Positions 17,822 to 27,502 of a stretch of 64,000 nt of DNA are shown in pieces. The stretch is from Actinomycetota bacterium (GTDB taxonomy: Bacteria; Actinomycetota; CADDZG01; WHSQ01), in the NCBI GenBank assembly GCA_050694215.1, contig JBOGXB010000002.1, forward strand, positions 206 to 64,205, in the 5' to 3' direction. Position numbers and translations under genes: made by a program. The number at the start of each line of letters is the position of its first letter. Position 1 is the stretch's first letter. Below the pieces are notes generated by a model. That model saw only the letters and a program-made list of their open reading frames with translations, searched no databases and had not been told where the DNA came from.

Positions 17822-19033
17822 TCAGCTGAGGAGATCGGCTATGCGGGTCACGCCCTCGATCAGATCGTCGTCGCCTAGCGCATAGCTCAGACGCGCGTAG
17901 CCGGGCGCACCGAAACCCTCGCCCGGCACGATCGCGACCTTCGCCTCCTCGAGGATCAGATCGGCGAGCTCGTGGGCGCTGGCGGGCGTCTTACCCCGGA
18001 TGCTTCGTCCCAGGACACGTTCGACCGACGGGAAGCAGTAGAACGCGCCCTCGGGCTCGTAGGACACGATGCCGTCGATCTCGTTCAGCATCTTGTGCAT
18101 GGTCCGGCGTCGCCGGTCGAAGTGCTCGCGCATGTCGGCTGCGGCGGATAGGTCGCCGGAGACAGCGGCCAGAGCAGCGGCCTGCGCGACGTTCGAGACG
18201 TTGCTCGTGGCGTGGCTCTGCATCGCTGCGGCGGCAGCCGTGACATCTATGGGAGCAATCATCCACCCGACACGCCAGCCCGTCATCGCGTAAGTCTTCG
18301 CTACGCCGTTCACCACCATGCACCGGTCGGCTAGATCGGGGACGAGCACGGGCATCGACGAGAAGCGCGCGTCTCCGTAGACGAGATGCTCGTAGATCTC
18401 GTCCGTGAGGACCCACAGTCCCTTCGACAGCGCCCATTCGCCGATCGCCCGAACCTGGTCGGGCGGGTACACGGCCCCCGTCGGGTTGCTGGGCGATACG
18501 AACAGCAGCATCTTCGTCCGCTCGGTGATCGCGCCGTCGAGCTGGTCGAGCGTGACGCGGAAGCCGGTTTCCTCGGTCGTGGGGAGCTCGACCACCGTGC
18601 CCTCGGCGAGCTTGATCATCTCCGGGTAGCTGACCCAGTAGGGGGTGGGGACGAGAACCTCGTCGCCCGGCTCGAGGACGCTCATGAACGCGTTGTAGAG
18701 GGCGTGCTTGCCGCCGTTCGACACCAGTACCTGGGACGGCTCGACGGCGTAGCCGGAGTCCCGCTCCGTCTTGCGCGCGATCGCTGCTCTGAGCTCTGGA
18801 AGGCCCGCCGCGGGCGTGTAGTGGTGGTAGGTCGGATGGTGGGCGGCCTCCGCGGCGGCCAGGACGATGTGCTCGGGCGTCGGGAAGTCTGGTTCGCCCG
18901 TCCCGAAACTGATCACGTTCTCGCCGGCCGCCTTGAGCGCCTTGGCCTTGGTGTCGATGGCGAGCGTGGACGACTCCGTGATGTTCAGAACCCTCTGGGC
19001 CAGCCGTGATTGCGGCATGATGCCCGCAGTCAA
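17822..19033 (-). CDS. class I pyridoxal-phosphate aminotransferase (aspartate aminotransferase-like)
   Basis: [14 protein letters not shown]..., PLP-lysine region [16 protein letters not shown]. Start is TTG 19033 or ATG 19018. Confidence 0.9.
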   Translation of the reverse strand: MTAGIMPQSRLAQRVLNITESSTLAIDTKAKALKAAGENVISFGTGEPDFPTPEHIVLAAAEAAHHPTYHHYTPAAGLPELRAAIARKTERDSGYAVEPSQVLVSNGGKHALYNAFMSVLEPGDEVLVPTPYWVSYPEMIKLAEGTVVELPTTEETGFRVTLDQLDGAITERTKMLLFVSPSNPTGAVYPPDQVRAIGEWALSKGLWVLTDEIYEHLVYGDARFSSMPVLVPDLADRCMVVNGVAKTYAMTGWRVGWMIAPIDVTAAAAAMQSHATSNVSNVAQAAALAAVSGDLSAAADMREHFDRRRRTMHKMLNEIDGIVSYEPEGAFYCFPSVERVLGRSIRGKTPASAHELADLILEEAKVAIVPGEGFGAPGYARLSYALGDDDLIEGVTRIADLLS

Positions 19034-19051
19034 TCACATGGAGGCGGCGGC

Positions 19052-20170
19052 TTGGAGGCACACGACGTAGTCATCCCCCACGATCTCCGTCCGGCCGACG
19101 GTCGCTTCGGTTCCGGGCCGGCGAAGGTGCGGCCCGAGGCCGTCGCGGCCCTGTACGAGGGGGCCCGTGGGTATCTCGGCACCAGCCACCGCCACGCCGG
19201 GGTCAAGAGCATGGTCGGGCGTCTCCGAGAAGGGCTGGCCGAGCTGTTCTCCCTCCCCGACGGCTACGAGGTCGTCGCTGGGCTCGGCGGGGCGACGATC
19301 TTCTGGGACGCGATGGTCTTCTGCCTCATCGAACGCAGGAGCCAGCACCTCGTGTTCGGTGAGTTCTCGTCCAAGTGCGCAGCGGCCGCGGCCGCGGCCC
19401 CCCACCTGAGCGACCCCGACATCATCGAATCGGAGCCGGGAACTCACCCCGCCCCCGCGCCGCGGGGGGACGTGGATCTCTACGCCCTGACACACAACGA
19501 GACTTCGACGGGGGTTGCCATGCCGGTGCAAAGGCCGGCCCCCGAGGGGATCGCCGCGGTGGACGCGACCTCGGCGGCGGGGGGTCTGCGGGTGGACCCT
19601 GCAGAGTTCGACGTCTACTACTTCTCTCCTCAGAAGTGCTTCGCTTCCGACGGTGGTCTGTGGATAGCTCTGTGCTCGCCGGCGGCCGTAGAACGGATCC
19701 ACAGGATGGCAGGTTCCGACCGCTACGTCCCACCCAGCCTGGACCTCCGCAGGGCTTTAGACAACGCGCGCAAGAACCAGACCTATAACACGCCCGGTCT
19801 GGCGTCGCTGTTCCTGATGGTCGAACAGATCGACTGGATGCTCGACAACGGCGGGTTGGAATGGGCCGCTGGTCGGTGCGACCATTCGTCAGACGTGCTT
19901 TACACGTGGGCCGACAAGAGCGACGTCGCGACGCCGTTCGTAAAGGATGAGTCACAACGCAGTCACGTCGTCGGAACGATCGATTTCGTCGAACAGATCG
20001 AAGCGGCCTCGATCGCGCAGGCATTACGGGCTAACGGGATCGTGGACACGGAGCCCTATCGCAAGCTGGGTCGCAACCAGCTTCGTATCGCTCTGTATCC
20101 GGCGATCGAGCCGGCCGACGTCGAACAGCTCACGCGCTGCATCGACTACGTGGTCGACGCTCTTACGTAG
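19052..20170 (+). CDS. serC: phosphoserine aminotransferase (actinobacterial type)
   Basis: RPADGRFGSGPAKVR, LGTSHRH, YYFSPQKCFASDGGLW. TTG at 19052 is preceded by GGAGG. The track start at 19010 would overlap the divergent aminotransferase 5' end. Confidence 0.85.
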   Translation: MEAHDVVIPHDLRPADGRFGSGPAKVRPEAVAALYEGARGYLGTSHRHAGVKSMVGRLREGLAELFSLPDGYEVVAGLGGATIFWDAMVFCLIERRSQHLVFGEFSSKCAAAAAAAPHLSDPDIIESEPGTHPAPAPRGDVDLYALTHNETSTGVAMPVQRPAPEGIAAVDATSAAGGLRVDPAEFDVYYFSPQKCFASDGGLWIALCSPAAVERIHRMAGSDRYVPPSLDLRRALDNARKNQTYNTPGLASLFLMVEQIDWMLDNGGLEWAAGRCDHSSDVLYTWADKSDVATPFVKDESQRSHVVGTIDFVEQIEAASIAQALRANGIVDTEPYRKLGRNQLRIALYPAIEPADVEQLTRCIDYVVDALT

Positions 20171-20221
20171 CCTGCCGAAAGGCCCTTGCGCGGCCGGCGA
20201 CGCCGAGGTTGCATCTACTTG

Positions 20222-21193
20222 ATGCCATCGTTGATTGAGAGCGCGGTCAACCGTGAGGTTCTCGCGGCCCCCGACGGAAAGTCTGGCAACGTCGTAGAGC
20301 GAGTGACGTTTGCCGACGGCCGCGCCCTGATCGTCAAGCGCTTGAGCCGAGGAGGCGATTGGCTCGCACGTGCGACGTTGGACGACGGGAGGATCGCACT
20401 CCTGTGGGACTCCGGCTATCTCGCGCGCATGCCTACCGTCGTTCATCATGCGGTCGTCTCGGTCGAGACCGAAGCCGACGGATGGCTCGTCGTCATGGAG
20501 GACGTGTCGCGGGCCTTGATCCCGGAGCAGTCGCTCGTGTCGCGGGATACAAACCGCAGGGTGATGGCCGCGATGAGCTCTATGGCCGAGGAGTTCTGGG
20601 GCGAGCACGTGGACGGGCTGTGCTCTCTGGAGACGCGCTACGCATTCCTGTCGCCGGCGACCGCAGCGCGGGAGGCCGACGGCGAGAATCCGGTTCCAAA
20701 GCTCATCGGCAGAGGGTGGGAGGTTTTCGCAGAGGTAGTTCCGGCCGACGTCGCGGATGCCGTTATTGCGATCCTCGAGCGCCCGGACCTCCTCGCCGCT
20801 CAACTGTCTGGCTTGGAAGGGTCGCTGATCCACGGGGATCTCAAGTTCGGGAACCTCGGCTTCGAAGGAGACCGGGTCGTGATGATCGACTGGGGTGATC
20901 GTGCCGGCTTCGCTCCTCCGGCCGTCGAGCTCGCCTGGTATCTGGCCATAAACGCGACGCGCGTGGAGGCCACTCACGCCGAGCTCGTGGCGGATTTCAG
21001 ATCGGAGATGGGGGAACGGTGCGACGACGCAAGCCTCGAGCTCGGGCTCCTCGGAGGGCTCGTCCAGCTCGGGTGGGACAAGGCTCTTGCCGTCACCGAG
21101 CGCGATCATGAGGCGGTGGCGAAGGAGAGGGAGGATCTCGACTGGTGGGTGGCGCGGGCGCGCGACGCGCTCGAGGAGTGGTCCCCGGTCTGA
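20222..21193 (+). CDS. aminoglycoside-phosphotransferase-fold kinase-like protein
   Basis: Catalytic-loop motif LIHGDLKFGNL followed by MIDWGD. The antisense 361-aa ORF (20024-21109) has no motifs. Confidence 0.7.
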   Translation: MPSLIESAVNREVLAAPDGKSGNVVERVTFADGRALIVKRLSRGGDWLARATLDDGRIALLWDSGYLARMPTVVHHAVVSVETEADGWLVVMEDVSRALIPEQSLVSRDTNRRVMAAMSSMAEEFWGEHVDGLCSLETRYAFLSPATAAREADGENPVPKLIGRGWEVFAEVVPADVADAVIAILERPDLLAAQLSGLEGSLIHGDLKFGNLGFEGDRVVMIDWGDRAGFAPPAVELAWYLAINATRVEATHAELVADFRSEMGERCDDASLELGLLGGLVQLGWDKALAVTERDHEAVAKEREDLDWWVARARDALEEWSPV

Positions 21194-21972
21194 GCAAACC
21201 GAAGAGCGTCATCGCCGCCGACTACGACCTCTCCGGAGCGAGGTTCTCGGAATTCGCGGACCGGCTCGTCTACTCACACCTGGCGGCGCCCCTCGCCGAG
21301 CGAGTACGCGCCTGCGGCACCCCGGCTCTCGACGTCGCCAGCGGGACGGGAGCCCTGGGGCGCCGCCTGGACGACGTCGTGGCAATGGACATCTCGCACG
21401 GACAGCTGGTCAACAATCCACTGGCGCTGCGAGTGCAGGCGGACGCCGAGTGCCTTCCGTTCGTGGACGGCGTGTTCGCGGCAGCCGCGAGTGCCTTCGG
21501 CATCAACCACTTCCCGGACCCGGTCACGGCCGTCCGCGAGATGGCGCGCGTCGCGCGCACCGTGGCCCTAATGACGTGGGTGCGTCCCGAGGAACATCCC
21601 TACCCGCCCAAGGTCGCCGTGCTCGAGGTGATCGAGAAACATGCGGGCAGAGCTAAAACGAAGGCGGGAGAGCTGGTGGAGCGGATGAGCGAGGAGACGG
21701 GGTCGGAGAGCGCGCTCGCTCGCGTGTTCGACAGCGCGGGCCTCACCGTCGAGACGGAGACGATCTCGGTGGAGGTGCCGTGGCCCGGAGCGGAAGCTTT
21801 CGTCGACTATCGCTTCTCGATGGCGAGCGTCCTGGCACACGTTGAGGATGTGGATCGAGTGAGAACCGAGGCCGTGGCCGCCGTAAGGGGACTGAGCGAG
21901 AGTGAGGTGAGCTGGAGGCCCCGGCTGGTGCTGGCCGTGGGGACGCGCCCTCAGCAAGCAGCCGGAGGGTAG
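21145..21972 (+). CDS. class I SAM-dependent methyltransferase
   Basis: SAM motif I LDVASGTGALG, then DISHGQL and LPFVDGVFAAAASAFGINHF. The start overlaps the upstream kinase-like gene (GTG 21145 or 21178). Confidence 0.75.
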   Translation: MGGAGARRARGVVPGLSKPKSVIAADYDLSGARFSEFADRLVYSHLAAPLAERVRACGTPALDVASGTGALGRRLDDVVAMDISHGQLVNNPLALRVQADAECLPFVDGVFAAAASAFGINHFPDPVTAVREMARVARTVALMTWVRPEEHPYPPKVAVLEVIEKHAGRAKTKAGELVERMSEETGSESALARVFDSAGLTVETETISVEVPWPGAEAFVDYRFSMASVLAHVEDVDRVRTEAVAAVRGLSESEVSWRPRLVLAVGTRPQQAAGG

Positions 21973-21991
21973 TTAGTACGATCCCCGGGCG

Positions 21992-23575
21992 ATGAAGGTA
22001 CTCATCAGCGAAAACCTCTCGGGGGCGGGGATCGAGCGTCTTCGCGAGCACCTCGAGGTGGACGTGAGGACGGACCTGAGCCCCGAGGAGCTCGAGGAGG
22101 TCATCGGGGACTACGACGCCCTGGTCGTGCGCTCTGCGACGCGGGTGGATGCAGCCCTGCTGGAGCGCGCCGAGAACCTGAAGGTGATCGGTCGCGCCGG
22201 CGTCGGTCTCGACAACGTGGACGTCGATGCCGCCACGAAGCAGGGCGTGCTGGTCGTGAACGCGCCGCAATCGAACGTCCTCTCCGCGGCGGAGCACACG
22301 ATGGCCCTGTTGCTTGCGCAGGCGCGCAACGTGCCACAGGCGCACAACGCCCTCGTGGGAGGCGCGTGGGAGAGGGAGCGCTGGCAGGGAGTCGAGCTGC
22401 ACGGCAAGACGCTGGGGATCGTCGGCCTGGGTCGAGTGGGGGCGCTCGTGGCGCAGCGGGCCAGCGCCTTCGGGATGCGGATAGTTGCCTTCGACCCCTA
22501 CATCGCTCCCGCGCGGGCGGCTCAGATGGGCGTCGAGCTGGTCGAGAGCATGGAGGAGATCTGCGAACGAGCCGACTTCATCACGATCCATCTGCCCAAG
22601 ACACCCGAGACCGTCGGGATCATCGGAGAGCGAGAGCTCGCCCTGGTGCGGCCGGGAGCTCGGATCGTGAACACGGCCCGGGGAGGCCTCATCGCCGAGG
22701 ACGCACTCTTGCAGGCACTCCAGGACGGCCGGGTTGCCGGCGCCTCGATCGACGTGTTCGAGGACGAGCCCGTGACGGAGCATCCCCTCTTCGGACTGCC
22801 CAACGTCGTCGTGACGCCTCACCTCGGTGCGTCCACAGCCGAGGCTCAGGACAAGGTCGGGCTGGCCATAGCCGAGCAGCTGCTCCTGGCGCTGCGCGGC
22901 GACTTCGTTCCCTACGCCGTCAACGTCGACGTCGGGAGCGACATACCGGAGGCCGTGCGTTCCTATCTTCACCTCGGAGAACGACTAGGACGGGTCGCGG
23001 TGGCGCTTACGGGAGCCGGAATCGAGGGGCTGAGGTTCGAGTACCACGGCGGCATCGCGGAGCACGACACACGTGCGCTCACCCTCGCAGGGCTCAAGGG
23101 GGCGTTCTCGGCCGTGGTGCACGAACCCGTCACGTTCGTGAACGCGCCTCTGATTGCAGAGGAACGCGGCATCACCGTCGAGGAGTCGAAGTCCTCTCAG
23201 TCGCTCGACTACGTGAACCTGGTCGAGGTTCGTGCGCAGGCGAAGGGCGAGACGGTATCCGTGGCGGGGGTGCTGGTGGGCAAGCGCGACACCGAGAAGC
23301 TCGTGCGCGTCTACGGCTACGACATAGACATGGCCTTCGCCGACAATATGGTGTTCTTCCGCTACGAGGACCGCCCTGGGGTGGTCGGGATCATCGGAAC
23401 CCTTCTGGGTGAGGGTGGTGTGAACATCGCGAACATGCAGGTGGGCCGGAAGACCGAGGGCGGCGAGGCCCTCATGGCGCTGGCGGTCGACTCGCCCATC
23501 CCGGAAGCGACTCTCTCCCGCATAACCGAGCAGGCTCGACTGCGAGACGCTCGGCTCGTGACCCTCACCGAGTAG
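21992..23575 (+). CDS. serA: D-3-phosphoglycerate dehydrogenase (long form with ASB and ACT domains)
   Basis: Canonical N-terminus MKVLISE ..., NAD-binding motif GIVGLGRVG, HLGAST, C-terminal ACT-like region. 527 aa. Confidence 0.93.
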   Translation: MKVLISENLSGAGIERLREHLEVDVRTDLSPEELEEVIGDYDALVVRSATRVDAALLERAENLKVIGRAGVGLDNVDVDAATKQGVLVVNAPQSNVLSAAEHTMALLLAQARNVPQAHNALVGGAWERERWQGVELHGKTLGIVGLGRVGALVAQRASAFGMRIVAFDPYIAPARAAQMGVELVESMEEICERADFITIHLPKTPETVGIIGERELALVRPGARIVNTARGGLIAEDALLQALQDGRVAGASIDVFEDEPVTEHPLFGLPNVVVTPHLGASTAEAQDKVGLAIAEQLLLALRGDFVPYAVNVDVGSDIPEAVRSYLHLGERLGRVAVALTGAGIEGLRFEYHGGIAEHDTRALTLAGLKGAFSAVVHEPVTFVNAPLIAEERGITVEESKSSQSLDYVNLVEVRAQAKGETVSVAGVLVGKRDTEKLVRVYGYDIDMAFADNMVFFRYEDRPGVVGIIGTLLGEGGVNIANMQVGRKTEGGEALMALAVDSPIPEATLSRITEQARLRDARLVTLTE

Positions 23576-23616
23576 TCTCGCTCCGGTCGGTCACCAACGC
23601 TCAAAGGAGAGGGTGG

Positions 23617-24537
23617 ATGGGGATAGAGCCGGTCGACAAGGTCTGGATGAACGGCGAGCTTGTCGATTGGGAGAACGCAACCGTCCACGTCCTGTCTCAC
23701 GCTCTCCATTACGGCACGGGGGTCTTCGAGGGCATCCGCTGCTACGAGACCTCCAAGGGCCCAGCCGTCTTCCGTTTGCGCGATCACCTCGAGCGGATGG
23801 AACGGTCGGCAAAGATCTTCCTGATGGAGATCCCATATTCCGTCGACGAACTCGTCACCGCGGCCCACGAGCTCGTCGAAGTGAACCGGCTCAGTTCTTG
23901 CTACGTGCGACCGATCGCGTTCCGGGGCTTCGGCGGCGAGATGGGTGTGAACCCCGAGCGCAACCCGATCGAGGTGTCGATCGCCGTGTGGAAGTGGGGG
24001 TCGTATCTCGGTGAAGAGGCGCTGAGCAACGGGATCCGCATGACTATGTCGTCGTGGCGGCGCCACGATCCAAACATCATTCCCCCGGGGGCGAAAGTCA
24101 CGGGTGCGTACATCAACTCGTCGATGGCGAAGCTCGAAGCTGTGCACGGCGGCTTCGACGAGGCAGTCATGCTGAACCCCTGGGGGCTCGTGTCGGAGGC
24201 GACAGGCGAGAACATATTCGTGGTCCGCGGCGGAGAGATCTTCACGCCTCCGCTCTCGGCCGGCCCACTTCCCGGGGTGACCAGGAACACGATCTTTAAG
24301 ATCGCGGCTGATCTGGGCATGACGATCCACGAGGAGCAGCTCACGCGCTCCGATCTGTATCTAGCCGACGAGATGTTCCTCACGGGGACCGCGGCAGAGG
24401 TGACGCCGGTGCGCGAGATCGACGAACGAGTGATCGGCGAGCCGGGGCCCGTCACGAAGACGATCCAGGAGAAGTACTTCTCGATCGTAAAGGGCGAGGA
24501 CGAGAAGTACTACGACTGGCTCGACTTCGTCGCCTAG
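23617..24537 (+). CDS. ilvE: branched-chain amino acid aminotransferase
   Basis: WMNGELVDWENATVHVLSHALHYGTGVFEGIRCY and class IV aminotransferase core (EATGENIF, GVTRN). Confidence 0.93.
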   Translation: MGIEPVDKVWMNGELVDWENATVHVLSHALHYGTGVFEGIRCYETSKGPAVFRLRDHLERMERSAKIFLMEIPYSVDELVTAAHELVEVNRLSSCYVRPIAFRGFGGEMGVNPERNPIEVSIAVWKWGSYLGEEALSNGIRMTMSSWRRHDPNIIPPGAKVTGAYINSSMAKLEAVHGGFDEAVMLNPWGLVSEATGENIFVVRGGEIFTPPLSAGPLPGVTRNTIFKIAADLGMTIHEEQLTRSDLYLADEMFLTGTAAEVTPVREIDERVIGEPGPVTKTIQEKYFSIVKGEDEKYYDWLDFVA

Positions 24538-24581
24538 GCGTCACGGGCCGGCGCTTCCAGGGCCTTAGTAGGGTCCATTCG

Positions 24582-26183
24582 ATGGCGTCTCACGTACGTA
24601 CACGCATTGCTCCGGCCCCCAGCGGCTCGATTCACGTCGGCAACGCGCGCACGGCGCTCTACAACTGGCTCTTCGCGCGCCACCACGAGGGCACGTTCGT
24701 GTTGCGTATCGAGGACACCGACCGCAAGCGCGCGACCCAGACGGCATACGAGGCAGTGATCGAGGACCTCCGGTGGCTCGGCCTCGACTGGGACGAGGGA
24801 CCGGAGGTGGGAGGCGACCGCGGCCCCTATCGTCAGAGCGAACGGAGCGATCGCTACGTCGCCGCGGCGAAGGGCCTGGTCGACTCGGATCATGCATACC
24901 GCTGCTACTGCACACCGAGGGAGCTGGAGGAGCGCCGCAAGGCGGCTCAGTCCGAGCGTCGGACCCCCGGTTACGACGGACGGTGCCGGCACCTGACTGA
25001 GGAGGAGCGCGCTCGCTTCGAGGCGGAGGGCCGCTCGTTCGCCATCAGGTTCAAGGTGCCCGAAGGACGCAGGATCTCGTTCGACGATGTGGTGCGAGGA
25101 ACTATCACGACCGACACCGCGCAGATCCCCGACTTCGTCATACAGAGATCCGACGGGTCACCGACTTACATGCTTGCCGCGGCGCTGGACGACGCGCTCA
25201 TGGGCATCACCCACGTGATCCGTGGAGAGGACCTCATCTCGGCGACGCCGCGCCAGATCCTGCTGCGCGAGGCGATTGCGGTGACGGACATGCCGGTTTG
25301 GGCTCACCTCCCGCTGCTGGTCGACGAGAAGGGCCGGCCGCTGTCGAAACGGTGGGGAGACGTCGCGGTGCGCGCGTATCGCGACGGCGGAATACTGCCC
25401 GAGGCAATGGTCAACTACCTCGCGCTTCTAGGGTGGAGCTACGACGACAAGACGAACATCTTCTCAGTCGACGAGCTGGTCGACAGGTTCACGCTCGAGC
25501 GAGTCGGCCGCAACCCTGCCGCCTTCGACGTCGACAAGCTCGAGTGGATGAACGGCCATTACATCCGCGAGTCATCGGTGGCGGACCTTGCCGGCCGGCT
25601 TGTGCCCTTCCTCGAACGGGAGGGCCTCGACGCCGGGACCGACGAGGGCCGGGAGAAGCTGATCGCGGTGACGCCGTTGCTCACCGAACGGATGAAGCGA
25701 CTGACCGACGCGGCCCCAATGGTTCGTTTCCTGTTCACCGACGCCGTGGAACCGGACGAGAAGGCCCGCAAGGTGCTTCAGGGTCAGTCCGACTACCTGA
25801 CCGGGGTGGCAGCCGTCCTGGAGGCTCTCGGTGAGTGGACGAGCGCCGGAATCGAGCAGTCGTTGAGAGCCCTCGCCACCGAGCGCGGTCTCAAGCCCAA
25901 GCAGGCCTTTCAGCCGATCCGGGCCGCGGTCACGGGCACTCTTGTGTCGCCGCCGCTGTTCGAGTCCCTCGAGATCCTCGGCCGCTCCGCGACGTTGGAG
26001 AGGCTGAACAAAGCCGCCGAGGAAGGTGGGCGCCCGGAGGCCCAAGGAGGTATGGCCGCCGGAGGGCGGCTGTTATCCTCGGCGGGTTCTCCGGATGGGA
26101 CCTTCGAGTTTGTCGTCGACGAAGAGAACCATCCGTTGGGGCGTGGGGTAACCTGGCAGCCCGGCGGATTCTGGTTCCGTTAG
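24582..26183 (+). CDS. gltX: glutamate--tRNA ligase
   Basis: HIGH-type motif ([12 protein letters not shown]) and KLSKR-type motif (PLSKRWGD). The recognisable homology seems to end near LERLNKA (about 26020). The ORF only stops at 26181-26183, inside the predicted tRNA-Gln. Confidence 0.9.
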   Translation: MASHVRTRIAPAPSGSIHVGNARTALYNWLFARHHEGTFVLRIEDTDRKRATQTAYEAVIEDLRWLGLDWDEGPEVGGDRGPYRQSERSDRYVAAAKGLVDSDHAYRCYCTPRELEERRKAAQSERRTPGYDGRCRHLTEEERARFEAEGRSFAIRFKVPEGRRISFDDVVRGTITTDTAQIPDFVIQRSDGSPTYMLAAALDDALMGITHVIRGEDLISATPRQILLREAIAVTDMPVWAHLPLLVDEKGRPLSKRWGDVAVRAYRDGGILPEAMVNYLALLGWSYDDKTNIFSVDELVDRFTLERVGRNPAAFDVDKLEWMNGHYIRESSVADLAGRLVPFLEREGLDAGTDEGREKLIAVTPLLTERMKRLTDAAPMVRFLFTDAVEPDEKARKVLQGQSDYLTGVAAVLEALGEWTSAGIEQSLRALATERGLKPKQAFQPIRAAVTGTLVSPPLFESLEILGRSATLERLNKAAEEGGRPEAQGGMAAGGRLLSSAGSPDGTFEFVVDEENHPLGRGVTWQPGGFWFR

Positions 26184-26209
26184 TCCTGGTTCGAATCCAG
26201 GCGCCCCAG
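26137..26209 (+). tRNA. tRNA-Gln (anticodon CTG)
   Basis: Hand-folded cloverleaf: acceptor TGGGGCG/CGCCCCA, anticodon arm GCGGA-TTCTGGT-TCCGT, T arm CCTGG-TTCGAAT-CCAGG, discriminator G. No encoded CCA. Resembles E. coli tRNA-Gln from memory. Confidence 0.85.
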
Positions 26210-26242
26210 CGCGGTCCGGTCTTCAGGGCCGGGCTCGAGCAT

Positions 26243-26318
26243 GGCCCGGTAGTCTAGTCAGGCTTAGGACGCCGCCCTCTCAAGGCGGAGGTCACGGGTT
26301 CGAATCCCGTCCGGGCTA
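26243..26318 (+). tRNA. tRNA-Glu (anticodon CTC)
   Basis: Hand-folded cloverleaf: acceptor GGCCCGG/CCGGGCT, D arm GTCT..GGAC, anticodon arm CCGCC-CTCTCAA-GGCGG, T arm ACGGG-TTCGAAT-CCCGT. No encoded CCA. Confidence 0.85.
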
Positions 26319-26370
26319 CGAACTGCAACACCCGGCGCCCCGGAACGCCGGCGACCCACAAGGAGAGAAG

Positions 26371-26718
26371 ATGAACCCGACGGACCTCGTCGAGCGCACC
26401 TACCTGCGAGACGAGCTGCCGGATTTCCGCGCCGGTGACACGGTGCGAGTGCACGTTCGGGTGGTCGAGGGAGAGCGTGAGCGCACCCAGGTGTTCGAAG
26501 GAGTGGTTATACGACGCCGCGGCAGCAAGCTCTCGGAAACCTTCACCGTGCGGAAGATCTCCTTCGGCGTCGGTGTGGAGCGCACGTTCCCGGTGCACTC
26601 GCCGATGGTCGCGAGGATCGAGGTGGTCGCTCGGGGCGACGTGAGAAGGGCGAAGCTCTATTACCTGCGGGAGCGCATCGGGAAGAAGGCCAAGGTCAAG
26701 GAGCGCCGCGAGGCTTGA
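26371..26718 (+). CDS. rplS: 50S ribosomal protein L19
   Basis: [29 protein letters not shown] ... [10 protein letters not shown] ... RRAKLYYLR. Confidence 0.95.
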   Translation: MNPTDLVERTYLRDELPDFRAGDTVRVHVRVVEGERERTQVFEGVVIRRRGSKLSETFTVRKISFGVGVERTFPVHSPMVARIEVVARGDVRRAKLYYLRERIGKKAKVKERREA

Positions 26719-26809
26719 GCCTCGGGCTCCAGATGAAGAATCCATCCGTCGCCGGTGAGTCGCGCCGAGGCCCGACCAGGAAGCCGCGCGATCCACGCCG
26801 GGCCCCGAG

Positions 26810-27490
26810 GTGACGGTCGAGGAGAGCCGGTCACCGAGCCCCGATCCGACGACCGACGAGCTCGACCCCACGGCCGCAAAGCCCTCGAAGGGCGGGCGCA
26901 AGCACTCATTCTGGCGCGAGCTCCCGGTTCTCATCGTCATCGCCTTCGCCGTGGCCCTGGTGATCAAGACGTTCCTTCTCCAGGCCTTCTACATCCCATC
27001 CGCCTCCATGGAGCCCACCCTCAGGGAGGGCGACCGCGTCCTCGTCGAGAAGCTCGCCTACCGGTTCGGCGAGCCGGAGCGCGGGGATGTCGTCGTCTTC
27101 GAGAGGGATCTTGGCTTCGTTCCCGCTCCGGAGGAGAGCGATTCGCTGTGGGAGGACATAACGAACGCCTTCAAGGGCTTGTTCGGGTTCCCGACCGGGA
27201 CCTCACAGGACTTCATCAAGCGGGTAATTGCGGTCGAGGGCGACGAGGTGAAGGCCGAGGACGGCGAGGTGTTGGTGAATGGTGAGCCAATCGAGGAGCC
27301 TTATCTCCCGGAGGGAGTCGAGACATCCCCGTTCGGTCCCGTCGACGTGCCCGCGAATCAGATCTTCGTGATGGGTGACAATCGCAACAACTCCGACGAT
27401 TCTCGCAACTTCGGCCCCGTGAAGGTCGGCGAGGTCGTGGGCCATGGCTTCGTTCTGATCTGGCCCCCGGCCGATCTTTCGACCCTGTAG
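26810..27490 (+). CDS. lepB: signal peptidase I (copy 1)
   Basis: TM anchor, then catalytic Ser box IPSASMEPTL, GDVVVF, KRVIAVEGD, GDNRNNSDDSR. Confidence 0.88.
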   Translation: MTVEESRSPSPDPTTDELDPTAAKPSKGGRKHSFWRELPVLIVIAFAVALVIKTFLLQAFYIPSASMEPTLREGDRVLVEKLAYRFGEPERGDVVVFERDLGFVPAPEESDSLWEDITNAFKGLFGFPTGTSQDFIKRVIAVEGDEVKAEDGEVLVNGEPIEEPYLPEGVETSPFGPVDVPANQIFVMGDNRNNSDDSRNFGPVKVGEVVGHGFVLIWPPADLSTL

Positions 27491-27502
27491 CGCGACTACC
27501 CT

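Noticed and set aside
21743-22972. 409-aa minus-strand ORF, plus the similar 20024-21109 ORF
   Set aside because: Antisense to serA and to the kinase-fold gene respectively. The plus-strand frames carry the motifs.
26060-26183. AAGGAGGT followed by ATG inside the gltX tail as a separate small ORF
   Set aside because: The SD-to-ATG spacing is only about 1-2 nt, the ATG is in the gltX frame, and the peptide would still overlap tRNA-Gln. No support beyond the pattern.
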